Shown here piece after piece: positions 43,052 through 51,761 of a DNA stretch of 64,000 nt. The stretch is from Candidatus Doudnabacteria bacterium (lineage in GTDB: Bacteria > Patescibacteriota > Doudnabacteria > UBA920 > O2-02-FULL-48-8): positions 350,086-414,085 of the forward strand of contig JACPKU010000006.1 in the NCBI GenBank assembly GCA_016186915.1. The letters are read 5' to 3'. Within the stretch, counting starts at the first letter, position 1. Each line of letters starts with the position of its first letter. The position numbers were made by a program, and so were the translations under genes. Under the pieces are notes generated by a model. The model was given only the letters and a program-made list of their open reading frames with translations, did not search any database and was not told the DNA's origin.

Positions 43052-43703
43052 GCAGGCAGTAATTATGATTGTTATCGCCATAATCATTATAGGCGGCGGC
43101 ATTTTATTGTTTGTTAACGAAGAGCCAACTGATCGCAGTAACGGAGGCTTTACTGTTGACCCCGGTCATGTCGGTGAATTGGTCCGGGAAGATACATATC
43201 AAACCGGAAACCCGGATGCAAAGGTGACCATTGTAGAATTCGCCGATCTTCAGTGCCCGGCCTGCGCCACGGCCTTCCCCGCAGTCAAAGCAGTTAGACA
43301 GCTTTATTCCGCCGATGAACTTAAAATAGTCTTTCGACATTTCCCGCTTAATATCCACAAAAACGGACAAGTGGCTAGTTTGGCCGCTGAGGCCGCAAGG
43401 GAACAAGGCAAGTTTGAAGAGATGGCAGAACTGTTATTTGCTCGCCAGTCGCAATGGAATACTGTTGGCAATCCGATTAATGTTTTTCTGGATTTCGCCC
43501 GAGAACTTGAATTGGATACCGAGCAATTCCGCCAGGCGGTAGAAACCAAAAAATACGAAGATCTAGTTTTCTTGGGCATGCAGGACGGTTACGCACTGAA
43601 CGTTAACTCCACCCCAACCTTCTTCATCAACGGAGAACCTTACCGACAGGGTTTATCACTAGATGAATTTCAAAAAATTATTAACCAAATGCTTGCTTTA
43701 TAA
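43044..43703 (+). CDS. dsbA: DsbA/BdbD-family oxidoreductase
   Basis: EFADLQCPAC, FRHFPL, STPTFFING. Confidence 0.92.
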   Translation: MSRQAVIMIVIAIIIIGGGILLFVNEEPTDRSNGGFTVDPGHVGELVREDTYQTGNPDAKVTIVEFADLQCPACATAFPAVKAVRQLYSADELKIVFRHFPLNIHKNGQVASLAAEAAREQGKFEEMAELLFARQSQWNTVGNPINVFLDFARELELDTEQFRQAVETKKYEDLVFLGMQDGYALNVNSTPTFFINGEPYRQGLSLDEFQKIINQMLAL

Positions 43704-43707
43704 TTAT

Positions 43708-44202
43708 ATGAGAAAATTAATTTACTTAGTAATTATAGTCATCATAGCAGTTGTGCTGTTTCTAAGCCGAGGTACTCAAACTCCAGATGATGATAAAGTC
43801 AATACTGGTCCAGAGGCAGTCACTCCAGAAAAACCGCCAACTACTGGTGTAATGAGCCTGGTCAAAAACGATGCCAGTGTTCAAACCACTACCCTCAAGC
43901 CTGTCAACGGAAGCAACTCTTCAGGTACAGCCTACAGGCTAGTCAAAGACGCCGTGCTTTATCACACAGTTGTGGCCAGCATGCCTGATCCAAACCCGGG
44001 CAATAGTTACGAAGGATGGCTAGTCCAAATTTCTCCTCTTAAATTTTTCTCCACTGGAATTTTGGAGAAAAATAGTAATGGTGATTGGACTTTGGAATAC
44101 ACCGCGGATCAAGAAAACCCGACATATTTAAGGGTGGTGATTACTGAAGAAACAGTAATTGATGCAACTCCTGAAGCACACGTTCTAGAAGGGGACTTCT
44201 AA
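43708..44202 (+). CDS. Membrane-anchored hypothetical protein (RskA C-terminal-like)
   Basis: N-terminal TM, YEGWLV, VVITEE, HVLEGDF. Confidence 0.65.
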   Translation: MRKLIYLVIIVIIAVVLFLSRGTQTPDDDKVNTGPEAVTPEKPPTTGVMSLVKNDASVQTTTLKPVNGSNSSGTAYRLVKDAVLYHTVVASMPDPNPGNSYEGWLVQISPLKFFSTGILEKNSNGDWTLEYTADQENPTYLRVVITEETVIDATPEAHVLEGDF

Positions 44203-44209
44203 AATACCA

Positions 44210-44965
44210 ATGATGAACCAAGCAAGTATTTACGCAATTATTAGCGTTATCGTAGTTAGCCTTATTTCTCTAATAGGGCTATTTACTTTATCAATCAAAG
44301 AATATTTCACCAAACGCGTGGTGACATTTCTTGTAGCGTTCTCTGCTGGAGCGCTGCTTGGAGACGTGTTTATTCACTTACTTCCAGAATTGGCGGAGAC
44401 CGGCTTTTTGAATCTTGAAATTTCTTTATACATTCTGGGAGCAATTGTCCTGTTCTTCATTCTGGAAAGGTACATCCACTGGCATCACCATCACAACAAC
44501 GAACACGACGAGGACTGCAGCGAGCACATCCATCCAGTTGCTTATACAATCTTGTTGGGCGATGGTTTTCATAACTTGATTGATGGACTAATCATTGGCG
44601 GCGCTTTTCTGTTAGACATTAAGCTGGGTGTTGCTACCGCAGTCGCTGTGATCTTGCACGAAATTCCCCAAGAGATTGGTGACTTCGGGGTGCTACTTTA
44701 TGCTGGTTTCAGTAAAACACGGGCTTTGTTTTACAATTTTCTTTCGGCCCTAGCCGCCGTGTTGGGCACAATAATCGCGCTAGCGATTGGGACCACCGAT
44801 AAAACTCTGGCCATACTGGCTGCTCTGGCCATAGGTTCATTTATCTACATAGCCACGGCGGATTTAATCCCAGAAATCCATAAGGACAAAAAAAGAACCG
44901 TTCCATACCTATTCAGTTTTTTGTCAGGGATCGGGATAATGGCCTTACTGTTGTTGATTGACTGA
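44210..44965 (+). CDS. ZIP-family metal transporter
   Basis: HLLPE, His-rich loop, HNLIDG, HEIPQEIGDF. Confidence 0.93.
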   Translation: MMNQASIYAIISVIVVSLISLIGLFTLSIKEYFTKRVVTFLVAFSAGALLGDVFIHLLPELAETGFLNLEISLYILGAIVLFFILERYIHWHHHHNNEHDEDCSEHIHPVAYTILLGDGFHNLIDGLIIGGAFLLDIKLGVATAVAVILHEIPQEIGDFGVLLYAGFSKTRALFYNFLSALAAVLGTIIALAIGTTDKTLAILAALAIGSFIYIATADLIPEIHKDKKRTVPYLFSFLSGIGIMALLLLID

Positions 44966-45481
44966 CGTACTTGCCTGCCGACCAAGCAACGCAAAAAAAT
45001 ACAGAATAAGCAGTAAACTATAATTTACAATCATAAATCCTGGATGTGCCCAGGAAATAATTGAAACTTCAAAATCTGAAATCGGAAAAAGAAACGGCGT
45101 GGCAAAAAAATCAAAAGTGTGCGAAAAAATATCAATAAACACATGTATTCCCCAGCCCAGCAAAACCCAAGGGAACTCTTTTAAATATAGCCAGATCAAT
45201 GCTGCCGCCACAATCCAAATGACAATACTGTGCGTATAATTGTAGGAAATCGTGGCGTATTCAGAAAATTTGTAGGTGTGAAAAGCCTCTGTTAGAAAAG
45301 TGGCGGGATGGTTCTCAAAAACCGTATAATATAACCTGACCAAAATTACAGGTGTAAAAGACACAAGGTCTGGCAACATCCCAAACAAAACTCCCCACCA
45401 AATTATCTTGCTATTCTCCCGGGTCTTGGGAATTGACCGATACATTACATTAGTCCAAAGACCATGAGCCAATATATCCAT
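44945..45481 (-). CDS. YdjM-like membrane metal-dependent hydrolase
   Basis: AHGLW, LPDL, THS, HVFIDIFSH. Confidence 0.75.
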   Translation of the reverse strand: MDILAHGLWTNVMYRSIPKTRENSKIIWWGVLFGMLPDLVSFTPVILVRLYYTVFENHPATFLTEAFHTYKFSEYATISYNYTHSIVIWIVAAALIWLYLKEFPWVLLGWGIHVFIDIFSHTFDFFATPFLFPISDFEVSIISWAHPGFMIVNYSLLLILYFFALLGRQASTSVNQQQ

Positions 45482-45484
45482 AAC

Positions 45485-46528
45485 CTAAGATGCGGCTGCG
45501 GTTATGAACAGATCGACCAAGAGCTTAGGATTAACATCCTGTGTTTTTAGTTTCTCGTCTATATTCAAAAGCTGGGTGAAAAGATTCTTCAGTTGGGACA
45601 GGTCGCTCTTTTGCGCGTGCTTGAGAGTTATGGATACGCGACCGCTGCTCCAGCCAAGCTTTTGTGCAATTTCAGTCTGTGTTAGCTTTTCTTGAGCCAA
45701 AGAGCCTACTAAAATTAAACTTCTTGTCTGTTCTGCCAATAATCCCAAAATCTTAATGATGGCTGATTTTTCATCCCCGACCTGCGCCTCCATCAAGTTC
45801 TCCAGTGTCCTTAACGCTGCCTGTTTATTCTTTTTGGCTATTTCACCAGAGAGAACGAAAACATTTTCTGAAACTTTTGGTTTTACCAGTTTTTCTACGT
45901 CGGAAGTTTTGATATGGCCGGTAAAACTGGCTAGTTTAAAAAGCTCTGAATAAACTTCCCAAAGATTGAATGCCTCTTTGCGCTCCACCACCCGCCCACC
46001 TACTCTTTTTTCCTCAAACAAATCCCTCCCCAGAAAAACCGCCAACTTCTCCACTGCCTCATCATCAATTTTAACATTTAAATCTTGGGCTTGTTTTTTT
46101 ATCTCAGCGTTCAATTTACTGCCAGCGGGGAGATTGAACTCTAAAAGGTTAATGGGAACACTAAGGATTTTTTTGACAATCTTTAATCTTTTGTCCGGCT
46201 TTTTTGTCTGCCAAAAAATCAGAAAATATTCCTGCGGCAGTCTTTCTATGAAAGCTATCAGTTTCAAGCCAAACTGTTCTTGAGCAGCTTTGCTCGGCAA
46301 AATATCCTTGGCTACGATTAGTTTTTTTGAGGAAAATAAAGAGGGCGTAAATACTTCTTCTAATTTTTTAGATAATTCCTGTTCTGACAATTCTTGAACG
46401 TCAATTAGGGTAATGCTGTTGCCGGAGTATTTTTTTGCGAACTCTGCTTTCCAATGGGTAATTTTTTTCTGCAAACTAAAATCATCCTCGCCAAAAAACA
46501 AGAAGACATTGGAGGATGATTGAGACAT
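45485..46528 (-). CDS. holA: DNA polymerase III delta subunit
   Basis: FLFFGEDDF, PSLFSSKKLI, ELFKL, NVFVL, IDEKLK. Confidence 0.85.
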   Translation of the reverse strand: MSQSSSNVFLFFGEDDFSLQKKITHWKAEFAKKYSGNSITLIDVQELSEQELSKKLEEVFTPSLFSSKKLIVAKDILPSKAAQEQFGLKLIAFIERLPQEYFLIFWQTKKPDKRLKIVKKILSVPINLLEFNLPAGSKLNAEIKKQAQDLNVKIDDEAVEKLAVFLGRDLFEEKRVGGRVVERKEAFNLWEVYSELFKLASFTGHIKTSDVEKLVKPKVSENVFVLSGEIAKKNKQAALRTLENLMEAQVGDEKSAIIKILGLLAEQTRSLILVGSLAQEKLTQTEIAQKLGWSSGRVSITLKHAQKSDLSQLKNLFTQLLNIDEKLKTQDVNPKLLVDLFITAAAS

Positions 46529-46740
46529 TAGAATAATGGTATGTTTTTACTGGTTTCTTTTCTGGTCAATTTTTGATTGATAATCTTGTTAAGGTCTGAT
46601 TGTCTTATCTTCCATTGCGCGCCGATTTTGAATGCCGGGATTTTACCCGCCTTGCACCACCGCCAAATAGTCTGGTTGGTCACGCCGAAAAATTTTGCCA
46701 ACTGCTCAACACCCAATATTTTATCGCCTTTTTCCTGCAT
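46528..46740 (-). CDS. HTH_17 (excisionase-like) DNA-binding protein
   Basis: LAKFFGVTNQTIWRWCKAGKIPAFKIGAQWKI. Confidence 0.85.
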   Translation of the reverse strand: MQEKGDKILGVEQLAKFFGVTNQTIWRWCKAGKIPAFKIGAQWKIRQSDLNKIINQKLTRKETSKNIPLF

Positions 46741-46912
46741 AACCAGCCTTTCCTATCCTTAGTGTATCATCGCTATTGGTTGATTTCAAGCCGGGAAGTA
46801 GAGATTTTTTATATGTTTTGTTCACAAAAACATATAAATCGGCGAAGCCGAAAAAACTTTCACTTCCCGGCAAGTCAGAAATATGGTATATTTTGAGAGT
46901 TAGATGTGATTT

Positions 46913-47010
46913 GTCTCCGTGGTGAAACGGATATCACGACTGGCTTCCGCCTACGCTTCCTCCTTCGCTAAAGCTACGGAGGACAAGAAAGCTTCGGCGG
47001 ACAGGTCGGA
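46913..47010 (+). pseudogene. 5' half of a split tRNA-Arg(UCG) with a 60-nt nested insertion
   Basis: GTCTCCG-TG-GTGA-AACGGATA-TCAC-G-ACTGG-CT, insert 46946-47005, then TCG-GA. Confidence 0.75.
46946..47005 (+). repeat. Double-nested 30-nt palindromic elements
   Basis: TCCGCCTACGCT[TCCTCCTTCGCTAAAGCTACGGAGGACAAG]AAAGCTTCGGCGGACAGG. Confidence 0.9.
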
Positions 47011-47019
47011 ACCGCTTAT

Positions 47020-47096
47020 GCGGCCGTAGCTCAACTGGATAGAGCATCGGTCTTCGGAACCGAGGGTTGAGGGTTCGAATCCTTCCGGCCGCGCCA
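47020..47096 (+). tRNA. tRNA-Arg(UCG)
   Basis: GCGGCCG/CGGCCGC, anticodon arm TCGGT-CTTCGGA-ACCGA, encoded CCA. Confidence 0.95.
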
Positions 47097-47136
47097 ATAA
47101 TATTTCGGGGTTCTGCGCCACAATAATTAAAGATTT

Positions 47137-47189
47137 GAGCGCATCCGCCGAAGTGTAAACGAAGGCGGAGAATCCCTCCGGGGACGCCA
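47137..47189 (+). pseudogene. 3' remnant of the split tRNA (T arm with inserted palindrome, acceptor strand, CCA)
   Basis: GAGCG..[TCCGCCGAAGTGTAAACGAAGGCGGA]GAAT-CCCTC-CGGGGAC-G-CCA; CGGGGAC pairs 7/7 (one G-U) with GTCTCCG at 46913. Confidence 0.7.
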
Positions 47190-47194
47190 ATTAA

Positions 47195-47491
47195 ATGCCA
47201 AAAAGATTTATAAGAATTAAAGAAGATTTTACCTGCGAAAACTGCGGATTCAAAGTTCGAGGAAGTGGTTACACTAACCATTGCCCGAAATGCTTGTGGA
47301 GCAAACATGTGGATATTAACCCGGGTGACCGATCTAACAAATGTGAAGGAATGATGGTGCCAGTAGGTTTGGAACAAAAACATAACACATACTATATTTT
47401 TCACCGATGCAATAAATGCAAACTTGAAAAGAAAAACAAAGCTGGCAAACAGGATGATTTTGACAAACTCCTAAACCTCGCGCGCTCATAG
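47195..47491 (+). CDS. RNHCP domain protein
   Basis: FTCENCG..TNHCPKCLWSKHVD..PGDR..C.G.M.P..HRCNKC. Confidence 0.9.
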   Translation: MPKRFIRIKEDFTCENCGFKVRGSGYTNHCPKCLWSKHVDINPGDRSNKCEGMMVPVGLEQKHNTYYIFHRCNKCKLEKKNKAGKQDDFDKLLNLARS

Positions 47492-47556
47492 CTCAACGGT
47501 AGAGCAGGGGCCTCTTAAGCCCAAGGTTGTAGGTTCGAGTCCTACTGGGCGCACCA
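47482..47556 (+). tRNA. tRNA-Lys(CUU)
   Basis: GCGCTCA/TGGGCGC, loop CT-CTT-AA, CCA; overlaps the RNHCP stop by 10 nt. Confidence 0.93.
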
Positions 47557-47557
47557 G

Positions 47558-47590
47558 AATGTATATACGTACGTGTGTATATACATTTTT
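47558..47590 (+). terminator. AT-rich hairpin after tRNA-Lys
   Basis: AATGTATATAC..GTATATACATT followed by T residues. Confidence 0.5.
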
Positions 47591-47610
47591 ATGTGCTCTA
47601 ATTGCCTAAT

Positions 47611-48789
47611 ATGAACTCTGACACCAAATCAAATATTTGGAAAATGTATATTATCCAGTCCCTGCGCTGGTTTATGCTGTCCATGCCAGTGTTTGTTTTA
47701 TTTTTGCAGGAAAACGGTCTTTCTCTCGCACAAATCCTTTTACTACAATCGATCTTCTCAATCGTTATTGTGGGTTTAGAAATCCCATCCGGATATTTTT
47801 CTGATAGATTCGGGCGCAAGCTCTCCATTATTATGGGAGTTACAATTGGCATGTTCGGCTATGTAACTTATTCTTTTTCTTTTGGATTTCCAGGTTTTTT
47901 GCTGGCGGAAATCTTGCTTGCGGTGGGAGCCAGTTTTGTTTCTGGGGCTGACTCAGCGCTAATTTATGACAGCTTGATAGAACTTGACAAATCTGATCAA
48001 TACGCAAAAATTGAAGGTAGAAAAATTTCTGCCCAGAGCACTTCAGAAGGCCTTGCCAGTATTATTGGGGGCTTTTTGGCATTGCTTAGTTTAAGAACAC
48101 CTTTCTATTTTCAAACTACCTTGTGGCTTTTGGCGATACCGTTTGCTTTAAGCCTAGCCGAACCAATTAAGCACAAAGCGATTATTGCCAAAGGGCACTT
48201 TAGGAATGTTTTAAAAATTGTAAAATTCGCCCTGCATGATCACAGTGAGGTCAAGTGGCTAATAATCTATTCTGGCACCGTGACAGCGTCAGGGTTAACT
48301 ATAGCCTGGTTTATCCAGCCCTATTTTCAACTAATTGGCCTGCCTTTGGCCTTGTTTGGCATAATATGGGCGGCCTTACAATTCTCTACTGCTGGGTTTG
48401 CACTTGTTGCCTACAAAATCGAATCGTGGGCTGGGCGTAGAAAATCTTTGATCTCGCTAATCTTGCTAACCGCGCTTGCCTACTTCATTGTCGCAACATA
48501 TGAAAGTCTTTGGGCAATAAGTATTTTCTTTGTTTTTTACTTTGTCAGGGGCTTCAAAGAACCAGTGGTTAAAGATTACATAAACAAACTCATTTCATCT
48601 GAAAACCGAGCCACCATACTTTCAATCAAAAGCATGATAGCCCGTGTGATATTTTCCGTAGTTGGTCCGATATTTGGCTGGGTAGGAGATATTTATTCCC
48701 TTTCAACCGCTCTATTTGTTGCTGGAATTACTTTTCTGATTCTCGGAGTCATTCCACTGATTTACTTGAAAAAATATAAAGTGTTATAA
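47611..48789 (+). CDS. MFS transporter
   Basis: About 12 TMs, EIPSGYFSDRFGRK, SGADSALIYD. Confidence 0.92.
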   Translation: MNSDTKSNIWKMYIIQSLRWFMLSMPVFVLFLQENGLSLAQILLLQSIFSIVIVGLEIPSGYFSDRFGRKLSIIMGVTIGMFGYVTYSFSFGFPGFLLAEILLAVGASFVSGADSALIYDSLIELDKSDQYAKIEGRKISAQSTSEGLASIIGGFLALLSLRTPFYFQTTLWLLAIPFALSLAEPIKHKAIIAKGHFRNVLKIVKFALHDHSEVKWLIIYSGTVTASGLTIAWFIQPYFQLIGLPLALFGIIWAALQFSTAGFALVAYKIESWAGRRKSLISLILLTALAYFIVATYESLWAISIFFVFYFVRGFKEPVVKDYINKLISSENRATILSIKSMIARVIFSVVGPIFGWVGDIYSLSTALFVAGITFLILGVIPLIYLKKYKVL

Positions 48790-48816
48790 TTAAACTACAA
48801 TAATTAACACAAACAT

Positions 48817-49257
48817 ATGAGCCAATATCAAAAGGTCGTCATTCTACTGCTCAGATTGTCAACTGGTTGGTTAATATTTTATGCTGGTGTCACAAAAATC
48901 GCTGATCCAAATTGGTCAGCAGCGGGGTATTTAAATAATGCCAAAACTTTTAGTGGATTTTTTGAATGGCTGGCCAGCCCGGGGCTTTTACCAGTCACCA
49001 ACTTTGTCAATGAATGGGGGTTGACCTTGCTGGGCATTTCTTTGATACTCGGATTGGGAGTGAGGTTAAGTTCGGTGCTCGGAGGTGTCCTGATGCTTCT
49101 CTATTATTTTCCAGTCCTGGAATTTCCACTTATTCCACCCCACTCATACATCGTGGACGAACACATTATATATGCTTTTGCCCTATTGGTTCTTGGCGCT
49201 CTAAACGCCGGAAGAATATACGGGCTGGATAAAAAACTGCCCACCAAATTCAGTTAA
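48817..49257 (+). CDS. DoxX/TQO small-subunit-like membrane protein
   Basis: LLRLSTGW..AG..K, WSAAGYL, AGRIYGLD. Confidence 0.85.
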   Translation: MSQYQKVVILLLRLSTGWLIFYAGVTKIADPNWSAAGYLNNAKTFSGFFEWLASPGLLPVTNFVNEWGLTLLGISLILGLGVRLSSVLGGVLMLLYYFPVLEFPLIPPHSYIVDEHIIYAFALLVLGALNAGRIYGLDKKLPTKFS

Positions 49258-49525
49258 ACGGATTGAATCGGTTCAAAAATAATCTGGGGGGTGAATAGCT
49301 TTCCAACTCTTCAATCACCTCAATTGTTTTTTGGTATTCGCTTAAGTTCACTCTGACTATGTTGCTTTGCGGGATGGTTTCCGGCTCAGCAAAAAGCTTC
49401 AGGTAGAGGTTATAGTAAAGCAGATAACTCTCCAACAAAATAATCAAAACAAAGATTAAGCTTAAAAACAGACCAATTTTTAAACCTTTCAATTTTGGCA
49501 GGTTTATTTTTTTCATTTTATTCAT
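49250..49525 (-). CDS. Small TM protein closing the pil operon
   Basis: One TM, ends in NPFN; follows pilO. Confidence 0.6.
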   Translation of the reverse strand: MNKMKKINLPKLKGLKIGLFLSLIFVLIILLESYLLYYNLYLKLFAEPETIPQSNIVRVNLSEYQKTIEVIEELESYSPPRLFLNRFNPFN

Positions 49526-50117
49526 CTGCTCCATAGGTTTTGACGAAAAACACAGCATCAATAGTGCCCAAAACTTGGCCAGTACGGATTGAGCCGGCCT
49601 CACTGCTTTCAGTTTCCGCTGAAAGCGTAATTTCCGTCACTTCCGAAAACTGCGGCAAATGTTCCAGATATCGCAAAAAATTCACGGTTCCCACGTAATC
49701 ATTTTTTAAAGATAATTGGTAAGGAATTTCTTCGATTAATTTTTTACCCACAATTACCGCTGGCCGTTTTTCTCCCTTTGTTGGATTTTCCACGTCATCT
49801 GTGATCGTCTTGCTCTCTTGAGTATTAGTCAGCTGAGCAGACCGCTCGACTCCTTGAATCGCTGTCACTAAATCCTCTCTGGTCACAAACGAGTCGGAAA
49901 TTTTCTGCCGCTGGTCGGCTTTGGACAAGTCTGCCTCCGCGGTTTGATAGGCCCGAATCTGCTGTTCCAACGTCACCAGCTCAGTTTTTTTGCTTTTCGA
50001 TTCTTCGTGCAGGCTCGCAACCTTAGAAAGCGCAGGGCTGACCAACAGCAAAAAAATCAAACCGGTTATGACTAAACCAAAAATTCCAGTAGCAATTAGT
50101 TTGGTTAAAGGCTTCAT
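49518..50117 (-). CDS. pilO: Type IV pilus PilO-like protein
   Basis: TM plus coiled coil, FLRYLEHLPQF; follows pilN. Confidence 0.75.
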   Translation of the reverse strand: MKPLTKLIATGIFGLVITGLIFLLLVSPALSKVASLHEESKSKKTELVTLEQQIRAYQTAEADLSKADQRQKISDSFVTREDLVTAIQGVERSAQLTNTQESKTITDDVENPTKGEKRPAVIVGKKLIEEIPYQLSLKNDYVGTVNFLRYLEHLPQFSEVTEITLSAETESSEAGSIRTGQVLGTIDAVFFVKTYGADE

Positions 50118-50671
50118 TCTTGTTTGATTAGTTCTTGGTTGATAAAAAAAGTATAGTTGAAATTCACGTCTTGCGCGCTTTCCAGATTGGCCAGCGGGAA
50201 GTTGATGTCCTGAAAATAATCCGATCTCTTGACATTGGCCCAAAATTCCAGCACCGCACTGCGCTGCTTGCTCACTCCCATAATCTGGACTTCCCCAGTC
50301 TCCCGATCCATCGTCAATAAACTCACTGACATTGCTTGAGGAATAATATTCCCGAGTTCAATTAATGCATTAGACCAAAAATAATGCTCGCTTTGGATAA
50401 TATCAAAATTCTTAAGCTCGTTATTAAGCGTGACTACCTGTTTTTCCAACTCTTGGGTATTAGAGCTTTGTAAGGAGTCACTTAAGTTGCCGATTTGATC
50501 ATCCGTGTCTTTAATTTCGTTGCTGATGACAATCTGACTGACAAAAGCCAAGACAAACAAGACAATCAAACTTATGCTTACCCAAACCCAAAATTTTCGA
50601 AGGTTTAGGCTGATCAGTTCGAAGCGAGTCTGCTTAATTTGGCTCGGCGGCAACAGGTTAATCAGTCTCAT
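50114..50671 (-). CDS. pilN: Type IV pilus PilN
   Basis: INLLP N-terminus, TM, coiled coil. Confidence 0.85.
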   Translation of the reverse strand: MRLINLLPPSQIKQTRFELISLNLRKFWVWVSISLIVLFVLAFVSQIVISNEIKDTDDQIGNLSDSLQSSNTQELEKQVVTLNNELKNFDIIQSEHYFWSNALIELGNIIPQAMSVSLLTMDRETGEVQIMGVSKQRSAVLEFWANVKRSDYFQDINFPLANLESAQDVNFNYTFFINQELIKQE

Positions 50672-51743
50672 AATTCACTCCCCTTATGGCCAACCCGGCC
50701 ACAGTAGAATATTCCAAGGCTTCTTCCTTGCTAAACGGCAATTGGTGATCAGTTGTTTGGATCACGTTAATCCAGGGGTTCCCCAAAACAACCTTGCCCA
50801 AAGGGCGGTCCGCTCCCAAGTTTAATCTGGCTGAAATATAATCGGCGATCCCCATGAGCTTGGCGCTCCCTCCGGAAAGATATATTTTATCTATCCGGCT
50901 TTTGGGATTGGCGTGTTCTTCGTGAAAACGGACTACGTTGCGGATCTCATCAACGATGTTATCGAGCATCGGTAAAATCGCACGCTTAATATTGCCGCGC
51001 TTGGACTCTTCCACCAACCCCAGCTCCTGTTTAATTTTTTCCGCTTCAGATGCCGGCACTCCCAAATTTCGGGCAATACTCTCTGTAAATGCCCTGCCGG
51101 CAACAGGGATACTGCTGGTGTATTCCAAAGCTGAATTATTCACCACGATAAAGCTGGTTTGCAGGGTGGCCATGTCCAAAATCAATATTGCCCGATCAGC
51201 GTCTTCACTGCCAACCACAGCTCTGGCTGTGGCCTGCGACTCCAACTCGAAAGCAACGGGCTTAAGCTTGGCCAATTCGAGTGTTTCCGCCAGTGAATCA
51301 ACATAGTCTTTGGGAGCGGCGGTTACCAACAATTCCAACCGGTCATCAACCTCTTTGATTATCTGCCAGTCCAGATAGACTTGATCAATTGGAACGGGAA
51401 TGTTCTGTTCTAGTTCCCAAGGCAGGGCATTGACTATTTCGCTTTCCGGCATCCGCGGGATATATATCACGCGCACGAAAGACTTCATTTCCGGCACTGA
51501 CGCCACGACGTACTTAGTATTAACGTTTCGGGCTTCCTCAATCGCCCGATTGATGCTGTCCGCCAGGCGCTGTTCACTAATAATCATGTGGTTGTTAAAT
51601 AACTTCCCGCTGAGTGGATAATTCGAATAAGCCCTAAGGTTGAGGCTGGACTTAACTTTTTCCAACTGCATAACCTTGATGGATACGTCAGAAACATCCA
51701 AACCGAAAGCATTGATTTTTTGGTTTCCGAATAAACTAAACAT
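50658..51743 (-). CDS. pilM: Type IV pilus PilM
   Basis: FGLDVSD..IK, IPVPIDQVYLDW, LSGGSA, GLAIR. Confidence 0.92.
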   Translation of the reverse strand: MFSLFGNQKINAFGLDVSDVSIKVMQLEKVKSSLNLRAYSNYPLSGKLFNNHMIISEQRLADSINRAIEEARNVNTKYVVASVPEMKSFVRVIYIPRMPESEIVNALPWELEQNIPVPIDQVYLDWQIIKEVDDRLELLVTAAPKDYVDSLAETLELAKLKPVAFELESQATARAVVGSEDADRAILILDMATLQTSFIVVNNSALEYTSSIPVAGRAFTESIARNLGVPASEAEKIKQELGLVEESKRGNIKRAILPMLDNIVDEIRNVVRFHEEHANPKSRIDKIYLSGGSAKLMGIADYISARLNLGADRPLGKVVLGNPWINVIQTTDHQLPFSKEEALEYSTVAGLAIRGVNYETD

Positions 51744-51761
51744 TGGCTTTATTATATCAGC

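Noticed and set aside
44969-44987. Half copy of a CTTGCCTGCCG-type palindrome at the ZIP/hydrolase junction
   Set aside because: Too short and one-armed to support a call.
46528-46740. HTH_17 gene as excisionase of an element at the tRNA-Arg locus
   Set aside because: It is translationally coupled to holA and no integrase is adjacent.
46946-47005. Group I or archaeal-type tRNA intron
   Set aside because: It is too short for a group I core, shows no bulge-helix-bulge, and removal does not give a complete cloverleaf.
46934-47404. Minus-strand ORFs of 156 and 79 aa (also 12053-12349 and 11274-11510)
   Set aside because: These are shadows of tRNAs, repeats and neighbouring genes.
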